Origin: Octopus vulgaris
Taxonomy: Eukaryota
Reading direction: 5' to 3'
NCBI GenBank assembly: GCA_951406725.2
Contig: OX597820.1
Span: forward strand, 310,001-374,000
Length of the DNA stretch: 64,000 nt
Shown here: positions 37,490 to 54,046 of the stretch, piece by piece
Numbering within the stretch: the first letter of the stretch is position 1
How the letters are laid out: each line of letters opens with the position of its first letter
Position numbers and translations under genes: made by a program
The notes under the pieces: model-generated
Told to the model about the DNA's origin: nothing
What the model saw: only the letters and a program-made list of their open reading frames with translations
Databases searched by the model: none

Positions 37490-40400
37490 ACGGGGGTTTG
37501 GACTGTACCTTTTACGATATGTATCGCTTCCAGTTGTTTGATTATTAATCTTTTATTTTCCTTTAATATAAGCTAACATCTCAGTTACGATTTACGACGC
37601 CATCTTTGTTTACATTCTGAGAATAACTTTCTTTCGATTTCTGTTTCACTTTCAATCTACCTTTAAGTTAATCTCTATAAAACTAATATTTAAAAATTCT
37701 TTTCATGTTTATTTTCCTGTAATTAGTTTAGAATTAAATAATTCCTTCATTTCCTCACTTTTTTCTACCTCCTCTCTCCTCCCTTACATATATTCCCCCA
37801 CTTCCAGATCTTTTCTCCCTTCCTTTATCTCTCTTTACGCTTACCCTTTCCCTCTCTCTTGCATATCTTACTCTTTTTCTCATCTCCCCTCCTCCCTTTG
37901 ATATCCTCCTCTTCTCTCATTTCTCTTTCCTTTCCATCTTACATCTACCTCTCCTCTCGTCACCTCACCCTCTCTCTCATATACTTCTCATTCGCCCATT
38001 CTTCTCACTCAGTCTCTCCCTCTCTCTCACATCCTTCATCCTGTCTCTCCTTCACTCTGTCTCTCTTTCTCTTGCTATCCTCTCCCTCCCTCTGTTTTCT
38101 GTTTCTCTTCCCCTCCTCTCCTTCACTCTGCCTCTCTTTCTCTTCCCCTTCACTCTGTCTCTCCTTCTATTCCCCTCCTCTCCCCCTTCCCTACCTTCCT
38201 CTATCTCTTTAACACACCACACCCCTTGCTTTCCTCCTATCACCCTCTCGATTTCTTTCATAGCACCTCTCTCTTTCCTTCCTATCTCCCTTTCTCTTTC
38301 CCTATTTCCCCCCTCTGTGTTTCTCCCTCTATCCCTCATTACCTCTCTAGCCTCTACTCCCCCATCTGGACCTCAAAACGAAGATGGCACCAAAGTGGGA
38401 AAAGAAAGAGTTAAATCTTCTGCTGAGAGCATGGACGATTGCTTGTGGCGATCCGCCGAACAACATCATCACTGCCGCGCTAAAAAACAATGGATTTCAT
38501 AGAACCATTGACCAGATAGAGCGGAAGAAAAATGAGTTTATCCGGTCTTACATGCTTATAAGACCACACATCAAAACATTGGATAACATAATTGAAAATC
38601 ATTGTGGCAAAGCTGATGAAGATGAAGAGGACGAAATAGAGAAGGAAGCCAGAAGTCTCTGTGATCCAGGGGTTCCTCAGAAAAATGGATCACATACCCC
38701 GGTGAACGACCAAGTAGTGAAGGATAGGGGAGCCAAGGGAGCAGAAACTGGAAGCCCCGCTGTACCAGTGGTCCTACGAACAAATGAAAAATTAGAAAAA
38801 CAGAAGAAAAAAGGAAGGACCGAAAACAAAAATAAGGAGGGAAAAGGAGGAAAAGGCAAAACAACGAAAGCTGAAACCCCAACCCACCACACAAACAGCA
38901 GAGAACCCCATGGATGATCCAATGCCACCCAGTACACTTCAGGAAAGAAGAAATCTGGAAGGCACCGAAGAACCTGTAAATTCTACCTGCGGGGCAAATG
39001 TTGGCATGGTGAGGACGGGAAAAACTGCCGGTTTGCCCACCCGACACCCTGCCAGAACTTCAGGGGACTCAAAGAGAAAAACTTTACCGAGGGAACACAA
39101 GAAATGTCTCCCAGGAAAACTTTCAGAAAAGAAGTGTGCTCCTCAGATGTTCTGCGCAACGCAGCAGCTGAGCAAGAGTCTTTTTTATGCATGGCGGAAA
39201 GAATTGTCCGGCAGCTAATCTGGCTACACCAAGCACAGAGAAGGAACCCTGTCCACCACAGTCAACAGACACGGGATGGCCTCCCCTAACTCCTGCACAG
39301 CCGTCACCCCAATACTTTTACTAAATATTGGGGGCCTGTTATATCAAAATAGAAACAAAATTTCTTTCCTGAGAGATCTTACTGCATGCAATCAAGCCCT
39401 ATGCATAGCACTTGTGGAAACTCACCTCAACCCTGATATAGAGGACGCAGAAGTACACATACCAAACTATGCCATACTGCGAACAGAGGGGTAAGGAGCC
39501 ATGGTGGAGTTGCTGTATACATCTGAGATGACCTCACACCCCAGGTCTTAATGACATACTCAAATTCGGTATGTGACACCTTAATTGTATACATAAGACA
39601 ACATAATATAGTCACATGCAATATATATTGCCCACCGGATGCCCCATATCACATAGGCAAGTTTGAAGATTGCCTCACAAGAATTAAAGAAATCCTCATT
39701 AATCTGGAACACCACGTGACCATATTTCTTATGGGTGATTTCAACTTCCCCAACGTCAAATGGCCCGAAGGTCTCATACTCTCAGGAATGAATCATTGCA
39801 AGCAAGTACAGGTGGAGTCCCTGCTCAACCTCACCAACGCCTTATTCATGGAGCAAGTTGTACTCAAGCCAACTAGGGCAAATAACATTCTGGATCTCTG
39901 CTTCACGAACAATATGGACATCATTCATGATGTGAAAGTGACACCGACATCAGTTTCGGATCACAACATAATAGAGCTGTCTATGTTTTGGCCGAAAGTG
40001 ACCAGAGACATACAGCCTAAAGGAAGCACCCGAAATCTCTCCGATCTGAACTTCCACAAAGCAGATTGGAAATCGATCCAAAAAGAGATCCTCAGAGAGG
40101 ACTGGCCGGAATGTCTCTCCACACCAGACATTGACATGAAACTAGAATGTTTCATGTCTTCTGTGCAAGCCCTATGCCAGAAATATGTCCCAGAGCACAA
40201 GGCCAAAACAAATAGGAGCAAGATTCTAAGAGACAGGAAGATCCTCATGAGACGACGGATGAAGGTTGCAAATCGTTTCAACCAACATCCCAAAAGTATC
40301 GAAACGTCCCGCCTAAAAACAACACTGATGGAGATCGAAAAAAGGCTGCAACAATCCGATGTGAGGGAGAAAGCAGACAAAGAAGCCTGGGTTATAAAAA

Positions 40401-42211
40401 ACATTAAATCAAACCCAAAGGCCTTCTTTCATTACGCGAAAGAAACAGTATCAGTGCACTACAAGATAGGACCCCTCCTAAAGGATGGCTCCCTCACAAA
40501 CAGTCCAACTAAGATCAGTGAGATGCTGAATGACCAGTTCAAAAGTGTCTTTACCACCCCCGTTGGAACACAGACAAGTGAACGAACCAGTGGACTTCTT
40601 TGCCGCCTCACCTATAACCAGCGAGGCGGTTACAATAGAATGTATTGACATTAGCGAAGAAGATGTCCTACTAGCCATAGATGAAGTGGACACAAACTCA
40701 ACTGCTGGTCCAGATGGTTTCCCAGCAATCCTCCTCAAAGCGTGTAAGCATGCCCTGGCAAAACCCCTCAAGATTCTCTTCCAGAGCTTTCTTATAAATG
40801 GCAAACTGCCAAGCAAGCTGAAGGAGGGAATAATATGCCCAATACATAAAGGTAGAGCAGATGCCAAAAACTATAGGCCTATCTCTCTGACTTCACACAT
40901 CAGCAAAGTCATGGAAAGGATAGTCAGAAAGAAACTAATCGCATTCCTTGAGGAAAATAACTTGCTGAGTGATACCCAGCATGGTTTTCGACCAGGTTAG
41001 AGCTACCTGACCCAGCTCTTACAACATTATGACTGGGTGTTGAGGCAGTTACTCAACAAATCAAATGTGGACATAATCTACCCTGATTTTGCAAAAGCTT
41101 TTGACAAGGTGGATCATGGTATGATATGCCACAAACTGCGTGACCTCGGCATTGCTGGAAAACTTGGAGTGTGGTTACATGACTTCCTGAAAGATAGGAG
41201 TCAGGCAGTAGTGGTTAATGGAGCCACCTCTATGAACACACAAATAGTGAGCGGTGTTCCACAGGGCACTGTCTTGGGACCACTACTTTTTATAGTGGCC
41301 CTCTCAGATATGCCCGGATAGCCACTCTGGCCAGCTATGCAGACGATACGAAAGGCTCGCAGAAAATACAGAACCCCAGCGATGTGTTCCGCAGGGCACT
41401 GTTTTGGGTCTACTACTGTTCATAATGGCCCTCTCAGACATGCCCTCAGCCACGCAGAGAGCCACGATCACAAGTTATGCAGATGATACAAAAGTTTCAC
41501 AGGCAATACAGAACCCTGAGGACACTAAACGCCTGCAATGTGAGCTGGGCAAAATATACAAGTGGGCTGAAAAGAATAGCATGCAGTTCAATGCTGAAAA
41601 GTTTCAAGCTTTATACTATCAGCATGCAATACCAAATGAATACACTGGACCCGGAGGAATTGCAATCCCAGAGGCACAATCAGTGCGTGACCTGGGTATT
41701 TACATGAGTGATGACGCAACCTTTCGTGTACATGTTGCTAAACTGGCAATGAAATGTAGACGACTGGCCGGATGGATTCTCAGAACCTTTAGAACAAGAG
41801 AACAAGAAACCATGATTGTCCTCTGGAGGACACTTGTCCTAAACCACTTTGACTATTGCTCTCAGCTATGGTCACCATCCAGTGTCAAGTTGATCACAGA
41901 ACTTGAGGCGATCCAACGTAGCTACACGAAGAAGATAGCCTCTAGGCAGAATATAAGCTACTGGGAAAGACTGAAGAGATTAAAACTCTATTCCTTGGAG
42001 CGTAGGCGAGAAAGATATGCCATAATATACATCTGGAAGATCCTGGAGGGACTTGTCCCAAATTTTGGCATTGTAAGCTACACCAATGCTAGAACGGGAC
42101 GACACTGCATAGTGCCAAGGATCTCAGCAATGCCATCACGCTTCAGGACCAGCTACTGCAACAGCCTGGGTTTCAAGGGCCCACAGCTCTTTAATATTCT
42201 CCCAAAGAGTC
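37490..42211 (+). mobile_element. Near-full-length, inactivated CR1/L2-type LINE (family A relative): CT-rich 5'UTR, ORF1, ORF2 (APE + RT); the 5' boundary is approximate
   Basis: ORF1 38384-39289; APE motifs (LLNIGGL, ALVETHL, GDFNFP, LDL, SDH) in 39276-40000; RT (NYRPISLTS, DFAKAFDKV, SGVPQG, YADD) in 40860-41500; several frameshifts and stops. Confidence 0.9.
38384..39289 (+). pseudogene. LINE ORF1: N-terminal Myb/SANT-like (trihelix) domain and a CCCH zinc finger, one internal stop at 38915-38917
   Basis: W..KE..LLLRAW...L...GFHRT..QI..K pattern; in the same frame past the stop, CKFYLRGKCWHGEDGKNCRFAH (38975-39040), continuing into ORF 39104-39289. Confidence 0.75.
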
Positions 42212-42545
42212 TGACGCTTGCGATGGTATGGTCATGTACAACGGATGGATGAGGAGAGATGTGTGAAGAAGTGCCACTCCCGAACAGTTAGAAGGAATCA
42301 GGGGGGAGAGGTAGACCCAGGAAGACATGGGATGAGCTAGTCAAGCATGACCTCAGAGCGTTGGGCCTCACTGAGGCAATAGCGAAGGACCGAGATCTCT
42401 GGAGATGTGCTGTGACTACTAAGACCCGGGATGCTTCAGGCACCAGTTCCGCATACCCTCTGCCCATTCAAAGTACCTTTGATCCCGGAACATCTCGCTG
42501 TGCTTGAGGAGACCTATTGAGTCAAGTGCATATACATGAACATCG
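42212..42545 (+). mobile_element. 5'-truncated RTE LINE 3' end joined to the CR1/L2-type LINE
   Basis: RLRWYGHVQRMDEERCVKKC..GRGRPRKTW, homologous to 56678-57010 and 59505-59860. Confidence 0.85.
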
Positions 42546-43824
42546 AACCAAATATCAATGGAAACAGTAGTTGTGATACCTGTACCGGTGTCACATAATA
42601 ATCACCATCCGAACGTGGCCGTTGCCAGTGGACATTGAACCAAATATCAATGGAAACAGTAGTTGTGATACCTGTACCGGTGTCACATAAAAATCACCAT
42701 CCAAACGTGGCCGTTAACAGTGAACATTGAACCAAATATCAATGGAAACAGTAGTTGTGATACCTGTACCGGTGACACATAATAATCAACATCCAAATGT
42801 GGCCGTTGCCAGTGAACATTGAACCAAATATCAATGGAAACAGTAGTTGTGATACCTGTACCGGTGACACATAAAAATCACCATCCAAACGTGGCCGTTG
42901 CCAGTGAACATTGAACCAAATATCAATGGAAACAGTAGTTGTGATACCTGTACCGGTGTCACATAAAAAATCACCATCCAAACGTGGCCGTTGCCAGTGA
43001 ACATTGAACCAAATATCAATGGAAACAGTAGTTGTGATACCTGTACCGGTGATCACAAAAATCACCATCCAAATGTGGCTGTTGCCAGTGAACATTGAAC
43101 CAAATATCAATGGAAACAGTAGTTGTGATACCTGTACCGGTGTCACATTAAAAATCACCATCCAAATGTGGCTGTTGCCAGTGAACATTGAACCAAATAT
43201 CAAGGGAAACAGTAGTTGTGATACCTGTACCGGTGTCACACAATAATCACAATCCAAACGTGGCCGTTGCCAGTGAACATTGAACCAAATATCAATGGAA
43301 ACAGTAGTTGTGATACCTGTACCTGTGTCACATAATAATCACCATCCAAACGTGGCTGTTGCCAGTGAACATTGAACCAAATATCAATGGAAACAGTAGT
43401 TGTGATACCTGTACCGGTGTCACATAATAATCACCATCCAAACGTGGCCGTTGCCAGTGAACATTGAACCAAATATCAATGGAAACAGTAGTTGTGATAC
43501 CTGTACCGGTGTCACATAATAATCACCATCCAAACGTGGCCGTTGCCAGTGAACATTGAACCAAATATCAATGGAAACAGTAGTTGTGATACCTGTACCG
43601 GTGTCACATAATAATCACCATCCAAACGTGGCCGTTGCCAGTGAACATTGAACCAAATATCAATGGAAACAGTAGTTGTGATACCTGTACCTGTGTCACA
43701 TAATAATCAACATCCAAACATGGCCGTTGCCAGTGAACATTGAACCAAATATCAATGGAAACAGTAGTTGTGATACCTGTACCTGTGTCACATAAAAATC
43801 ACCATCCAAACGTGGCCGTTGCCA
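42538..43824 (+). repeat. 92-bp tandem repeat, 14 copies visible, running into an assembly gap
   Basis: GAACCAAATATCAATGGAAACAGTAGTTGTGATACCTGTACCGG.. recurs at 42545, 42637, 42729 ... 43742. Confidence 0.97.
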
Positions 43825-43924
43825 NNNNNNNNNNNNNNNNNNNNNNNNNNNNNNNNNNNNNNNNNNNNNNNNNNNNNNNNNNNNNNNNNNNNNNNNNNNN
43901 NNNNNNNNNNNNNNNNNNNNNNNN
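43825..43924. other. Assembly gap (100 N); others at 52246-52345 and 53947-54046
   Basis: N runs. Confidence 1.
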
Positions 43925-46199
<2,275 letters not shown>

Positions 46200-46200
<1 letters not shown>

Positions 46201-46404
46201 ATAGATATATATATGGTTCATATTTGTAGATATTTATCAGATCAGATATATATAGATACATTTTTTACATACATATATATCATATCATTCGGATTAGCGC
46301 TTGCTCCCATTCTAGTGGGTTTTCAAATCAAATCAGTTGTGGGTAGTTTGAACCTTTTTATAGTTTCGTAGTAGTGGGTGAGGAGGAAGTGAGACAGAGA
46401 GAAA

Positions 46405-46474
<70 letters not shown>

Positions 46475-46665
46475 ATTTATATCTGAGAGTGAAGAAGTGT
46501 TATTTCCGTTGGTCTGCTGGACCCCCTGTGGTTTTATAAGAACTTTGGCTGTCCATTTCAATGTCACTGAGTGTGTGTTGTGCATAGGTTGGCCTGGCAA
46601 ATGTCATTTGGGGTCACACTTTCTATGATCATTCTGTGGAGGTGTGTGTGTGTGTGTGTCTCTGT

Positions 46666-46714
<49 letters not shown>

Positions 46715-48750
46715 TGTGTGTGTCTGTGTGTTTGGAGAAGGGAGAGAGACAAAAAGAGAAAGGAAAATAAAAATAATAATAATAAAAATAAAAAATAAAA
46801 AATTAAAAAAATAAATAAAATAAAATAAAAACAAAAAATAAAAAATAAAATAAAAAAATATAAAGAATAAATAAAAATATAAAGAATAAAAAATAAAAAA
46901 ATAAAAATAAAAATAAAAATAAAAATAAGGGAGGAAGTGGAGAAGAAAAAATATTTTTGTGTGTTGATATTTATACCAACACATATATATACACACACAC
47001 AGACTTATACATAAAATATTTGAAAAAACCTTTTTATCGGTTCAAAATGAACAACCAAATTATACCATCTTGAAAGTTGTATGTCATAGGAAAGTTAAAA
47101 TTAAAGTGACAATTAAAGGGTAAAGATGGAAGTGAATTATAAAGATAATAATATAATATGATGTATATAACAGGCAATACACACATCTACACACACACAG
47201 ATTTTTCCTTCAATGTATGTTGAGTAAAGTTTCAGCCATTTAATTTGGGGGAGAACTTAGCTATGAAATGTTTTTCCATATTCCTCCTGAAGGGGGTGTC
47301 ATTCTTCGGACACTTGTAGAAGGGAAATATCTTAAATTTTCCTTCTCCACATGTAGCTAGGTGTGTGCTTAGTGGTATTTTGCGTAGTTCTTCCTGCCGA
47401 ATATGTTGTCGGTGGATCCTGGCTCGCTGGCACAAAGAATTACCAGTTTCTCCTACGTAATTCTCCTTGCATGTGGGGCAGGTTATGCAGTATATGACGT
47501 TCTGCGTCTTGCAGTTCATATCTGCATTTACTTTGAATATGACACCATTTTTAAATCTTATCTCTCTGTTGCTCTCTATGTATTTGTAGGTGGGGTTGCT
47601 GCAGGTCCCACATCTACCATCTCCGCACTCTTTTGCAAAGAATTCCGTTTTAGTTTCTGAAGAGAATTTCGCTCTTGTTAGGTGTTTTTTTAGGTTTTTG
47701 TCCTGTCGTCTACTGTTTTTTATGCTATATTTGTTTAATATGTTTTTCATTTTGGGGCTCTGTAAGGCTATTGGTAGGTTTGAATGTATGGTTTGGAAGA
47801 TGTTGGTAACTCCAGGGTTGTGTGTGTTTATAAAAGGGATAGTGTTTTCTTTGTTTTTTGTTTTGGGTGTCCTGAGTTGTGTGATGTCTAGTTTTAATGC
47901 TCTTGTGATTCCATTTTCTATTAGTTTAAGGGGGTATTTTTGCTCTAGGAGGAAGCTTTTGAGTTCATCTAGTCTTATTAATCGTATTTGTGAATCAGTT
48001 ACTATGCTACATATTCGTCGTGCCATACTATATGGGATGTTTCTTTTTGTGTGGGATGGGTGGCAGGAGTGGAAATTTAAGTATTGATGTGTGTCAGTTT
48101 TTTTGTAGTGGATGTCTGTTGTGACGATGGAGTTGTGTATTTTGATGTTGATGTCTAGGAAGGGAAGTTCGTTGTGGCTGGTATCTATTGTGAAATTGAT
48201 AGATGGGTGCAGCGTATTGAGGATGTTGTGGAATGTTTGTAGGTCCTCTTCTGATCTGTTCCAAAAGATGAAACAGTCATCGAGGTAGCGTTTCCACTTT
48301 TTCTTGATGTCTTCTCTGAAGTCGTGTTCGAAGACTTTCCCTATTTCGTCATATAGTTTTTTCTCCAGGAAGCCCATCACTAGGTTGGCATATGAAGGTG
48401 CGAATTTTGTACCCATAGCCGTGCCTTTTATCTGTCGGTATGTCTTGTTGTTGAATGAGAATGTGTTTTCTTCTAGTATTAGTTGGGTGGCTTGGGTGAT
48501 AAAGTTTGTCTTGAAGCGTTCATCTATAAGTTCTCTGTATTTTTCTATTGATTGTTTTATAGCTTCTAGACCTAGGGTGTGTGGTATGTTTGTGTATAGA
48601 TTTGTGACATCAAAGCTTGCAAGTATTTGATTTGATTTGATTTGAAAACCCACTAGAATGGGAGCAAGCGCTAATCCGAATGATATGATATATATGTAAA
48701 AAATGTAATATATAAATAAATATCTACAAATATGAACCATCTGATCTGAT
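46200..48750 (-). mobile_element. 5'-truncated Penelope-like element (probably Neptune clade) with an inverted copy of its 3' terminus at the 5' end
   Basis: ~120-bp inverted repeats at 46213-46335 and 48629-48750 bracket the RT-EN ORF and a (CA)n/T-rich 3' region. Confidence 0.9.
47232..48628 (-). CDS. Penelope-like reverse transcriptase + GIY-YIG endonuclease (N-terminally truncated, no internal stops)
   Basis: ASFDVTNLYTNIP, GTAMGTKFAPSYANL, RYLDDCF; linker CGDGRCGTC; NVIYCITCPTCKENYVGET..R..H endonuclease; the first ~38 aa of the tracked ORF come from the inverted repeat. Confidence 0.92.
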
Positions 48751-49624
48751 TACCTCAATTTTTCTATTATATATATATATATATATATGTATATAATAAT
48801 ACAAAAAATGGAACAAGTACGCAACGGGTGAGAACGAAATATCCAGACAGTTAGATGATACAAAAGGGACAAGAAAATACAAGGACGGGTCATTCGGAGT
48901 TTTCTTTTCTCAGTCGAGTTCCTGATCATCTTCGCAGTTTCGGCTGGTTATAGGAGGATATGACTATTATTTAACATAACGATCATATTAAGTGGCCAGC
49001 ATGAAAAAAAAAAACAAAAACTTATTATTATTATACATACATAATATAATTTTTATTGAGGGTACCGAAGAGGAACCAATATGCAAGAAATGACAGTCAA
49101 AACTAATTCTAAAACCACATCATAGCACAGGTGAAAAGATGAAGGAACAAAGAAATAAGCAGAAATCGTCGACATGGAGTTAACCATTCAGTGTTTGCTA
49201 ATTTCTTTGGTCATTTATCTTATCACCTGTGATATATGAATGCATGATGTAGTTTTAGTCAGTTTTGACTGCAAGAGCTGGCTTGGTGGTGCGTCTTCGG
49301 AACTCTTAATTATATATCTAAATCTATATATGATAAATATACATATATATTATGATATATATATGTATATATGACATATTAGGATATATATTTATGTATA
49401 TATGACATATTAGGATATATATATATATGTATGTATATATGACATATTAAGATACATATATTTGTATATTTGACATATATTATGATATATATACATATAT
49501 GTATATGACATATATATTATGATATATGTATATGACATATATATTATGATAAATGTATATATGACATATATTATGATATATGTATATATGATATATATAT
49601 TATGATATATGTATATATGACATA

Positions 49625-50678
49625 TAAACTTAGACTTAGATAAACTTAGACATGTTTCGACCAAAGATTGGTCCAGGCCATGTCTAACTTAATAGCACCA
49701 TCTGATAGGATTATTCGAATCCTGTTTAAGTCAAGTTTTGTTTATGGTCCATTCAAGTAGTGAGTTCTTGTTGAGTGAGTTATATCCAATTATGGGTGGC
49801 TTATCTGGTATTCTTTGAAGGAATCTATCCAGACTCCGTTTGAAGTTGATGGGATCCTTTTCCTCTTTGATCTCCCTCGGGGCAATGTTAAATAGGGCAG
49901 GGCCTGTTGAGGAAAAGAAATTGTGTTGCAGTGTACATGTATGTTGTGATCTTGAATTGGGCAGGGGACGTATGGCCCGTGGTCCCAGTCTTAGATGAAC
50001 CTTGAAGCTAATGTTAAGGTCGTTTGGGCAAAGTTGGCGGTATATTCTCCACATCGTACAGATGATGTACCGCTCACGGCGACGCTGGAGGGAGTAAAGT
50101 TTCAAGGCTTTAAAGCGATCCCAATAATCGAGAGCAGCCATGCCTTCAATTCGTTTAGTGAGTGCTTTCTGGGGTGATGTTTTATCTTGTATGTTTTATC
50201 TTGTATGGGGAGACCACAGTGGGCAGCAGTATTCAAGGTGTGGCCGTACAAAGGAGGAGAAAAGTTGTATGATGACACCTTGTTCTCTGGACCGGAAAGT
50301 TCTTAAGATCCAGGAACTCATCCTACGAGCTATATCGACCTTCTTGTTGATGTGTGCACTCCAACGGAGATCGTCATCAACAATTACACCCAGGTCTCTG
50401 ATATTGTTAGAGGCTGTGAGCGGTTCCCCTGAAGGAAGAGAGTATGGCTGTTTTAGTGAGGAATTTCTTTCAAAATGCATCAGCTCAAATTTTCCCTCAT
50501 TCAGTTGCATTTTGTTTCTGTCTGCCCATTGACTCACAGCATATAGATCAGACTGGAGTTGAGTTCGGTCTGCTTCTTCATTGACGATTTGCTGGAGCTT
50601 AGTGTCATCAGCAAATATTTTCACTTTGCAGTAATGTATGACACTGGAAAGGTCGTTTATGTAAATTATGAAGAGTAA
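49625..50678 (-). mobile_element. 5'-truncated family-B CR1/L2-type LINE within TA-rich repeats
   Basis: [35 protein letters not shown]; (TCTAAG)n-like tail. Confidence 0.9.
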
Positions 50679-51783
<1,105 letters not shown>

Positions 51784-52109
51784 AACTCAAGCCATACAAG
51801 AGTATTTGTAACGGTTTATGTGCATACAAACAGTTAAAAGTGTTAATACATTTCTACGGTGAATACGAACGCAATTCCAAAGTTTATACATAAATCTGAG
51901 AATTAGAAGAAGCTTAACAAAAACTATTTAATATCAGCTTATTATTCCTCCCTTTGTGAATTATAATAGGTGTTAATGGATCATTTCAACACATGAAATT
52001 TGTTTGCAATATAAGTCGCTATTAACGATTTCTTCTATGTTGATATTAATGATATCGAAATCAAAAACAGTATTCACACATACAACAAACCAACCCTAGA
52101 CGTACAGAC

Positions 52110-52171
<62 letters not shown>

Positions 52172-53562
52172 AAAAGAACAAAAGAACGAGTTGCTCTTCA
52201 CACATTCAGATGGAGTTACAAGTATTCAGGAACAGCTTGGCTCAGNNNNNNNNNNNNNNNNNNNNNNNNNNNNNNNNNNNNNNNNNNNNNNNNNNNNNNN
52301 NNNNNNNNNNNNNNNNNNNNNNNNNNNNNNNNNNNNNNNNNNNNNATCAAAGAAACGGTATCCCAGTTCTTAATGAAATTGACGACGGATTACGAAGACA
52401 GAAATGAAAAAGAAAATGAAAGAAAAGACAAATTCTACAGAATCACATGACAAACAAGACATTGAAATGAAAGAGCTCTTAAGACAAGAAAGAGATCCAT
52501 GCTAAATGAGAAAGAACTCGCCATTATGAAAGGTGACGGCACTTTATTGAACAAAACGAGCAGCTCAATTAAAATCCCAAACTGTTTTATTAAGATTAAG
52601 ATGGAAACGAGAACCAATGCAGTGATAATAGTAAGAAAGTAGGAGAATTCGACAGGAAGAATATGGAGAGCAGTTGGTATGATTCTTTTATTTTTTATTC
52701 TTTCACTTCTTTCTGTCATATGACTGCTGTGGTACCGCTTTAAAGAGATTTAGTCGAAGAATTCGATCTCATGGCTTATTCTTTTGCCGAACCGCTATGT
52801 TACGGGGGTGTAAACAGCAACATCGGTTGTCAAGCGATGGTGGGGGACAAACACAGATACAAAGACACATTCACACAAAAATATATACATTCATTTATAC
52901 ATACATACATACGTACATACATACATGCATAAATACATACACATATATACGAGAGACTTCTTTCAGTTTTCGTATACCACTGACAAGGCTTTGGTCAGCC
53001 CGGGGCTATAATAGAAGACAGACGGCCAAGATGTCATGCAGTGGGACTGAACCCGGAATTATGTGGCTGGGAAAATGCAGGAAGAATGCATGAAGTAGTC
53101 CATATACCACAAAATGCAACAACAGGAAACTCTCTCGAAAATGACGAAAACTTTCAAGCATCAGGTTAAAATATCTATTCCTGCTGGCAAAAAATATTTT
53201 GGGAAGAGAACAAAAACATTTTAATTCTTAAAATTGATGACGCGATCTAAATTACAGACCTGTAACATATTTTCCAATATAAGATCACAGCAGCAGTTTT
53301 ATGGCAACGAATATATACTCACCTCAACTAAAGCAACAACATTGCTTCAGGAAAAAAAAACACCTTAGTTTAAAAGTTATGTGGGTATAATGATCAGATG
53401 TTGGTCAACAAAGCCTTGGTTAAAAATTATGAGAAGGATATCTGAGAGCAAAGATTGGATTGATTACCAGCACTCTTTTGGCAACAGGGAACGGCTTTCT
53501 GCTCATGGATTCTAGAACCATTAGTATTATAGCACCCGTAAAACAAAACTGAAATGTACTTC

Positions 53563-53905
53563 AGTCCCACTGCGTGGCACCTTGGGCAAGTGTTTTCTAC
53601 TATAGCCTCGGGGCAACCAAAGCCTTGTGAGTGGATTTGATAGACGGAAACTGAAAGAAGCCCGTCGTATATATGTATACATACGCGTGTGTGTTTGTGT
53701 GTCTGTGTTTGTCCCCCCAACATCGCTTGACAACCGATGCTGGTGTGTTTATGTCCCCCTTAACTTAGCGGTTCGGCAAAAGAGACCGATAGAATAAGTA
53801 CTAGGCTTACAAAGAATAAGTCCTGGGGGTCGATTTCCTCGACTAAAGGCGGTGCTCCAGCATGACCGCAGTCAAATGACTGAAACAAGTAAAATAGTAA
53901 AAGAG
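53563..53905 (+). mobile_element. Family-1 SINE (5'-truncated), in inverted orientation to the copy at 52690-53070
   Basis: Ends GGCGGTGCTCCAGCATGACCGCAGTCAAATGACTGAAACAAGTAAA. Confidence 0.85.
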
Positions 53906-54046
53906 TAAAGGAGTAAAGAAAGGTACGATGCCCATGGTTGGAATGTNNNNNNNNNNNNNNNNNNNNNNNNNNNNNNNNNNNNNNNNNNNNNNNNNNNNNN
54001 NNNNNNNNNNNNNNNNNNNNNNNNNNNNNNNNNNNNNNNNNNNNNN

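Noticed and set aside
37750-38360. Leu/Ser/Pro-rich and Arg/Glu-rich ORFs
   Set aside because: CT-rich low-complexity LINE 5'UTR
42538-43824. CRISPR-like regular array
   Set aside because: No unique spacers; whole 92-bp units repeat; derived from an RTE 3'UTR; eukaryotic context with no cas genes
48629-48740. N-terminal 38 aa of the 502-aa Penelope ORF as a genuine start
   Set aside because: Encoded by the inverted terminal repeat; the real RT N-terminus is truncated
48780-48955. Possible HHR on the - strand (CCAGCCGAAACTGCG; CTGAGAAAAG..CCGAATGA)
   Set aside because: Core incomplete and stems not closable; at most a truncated PLE-type remnant
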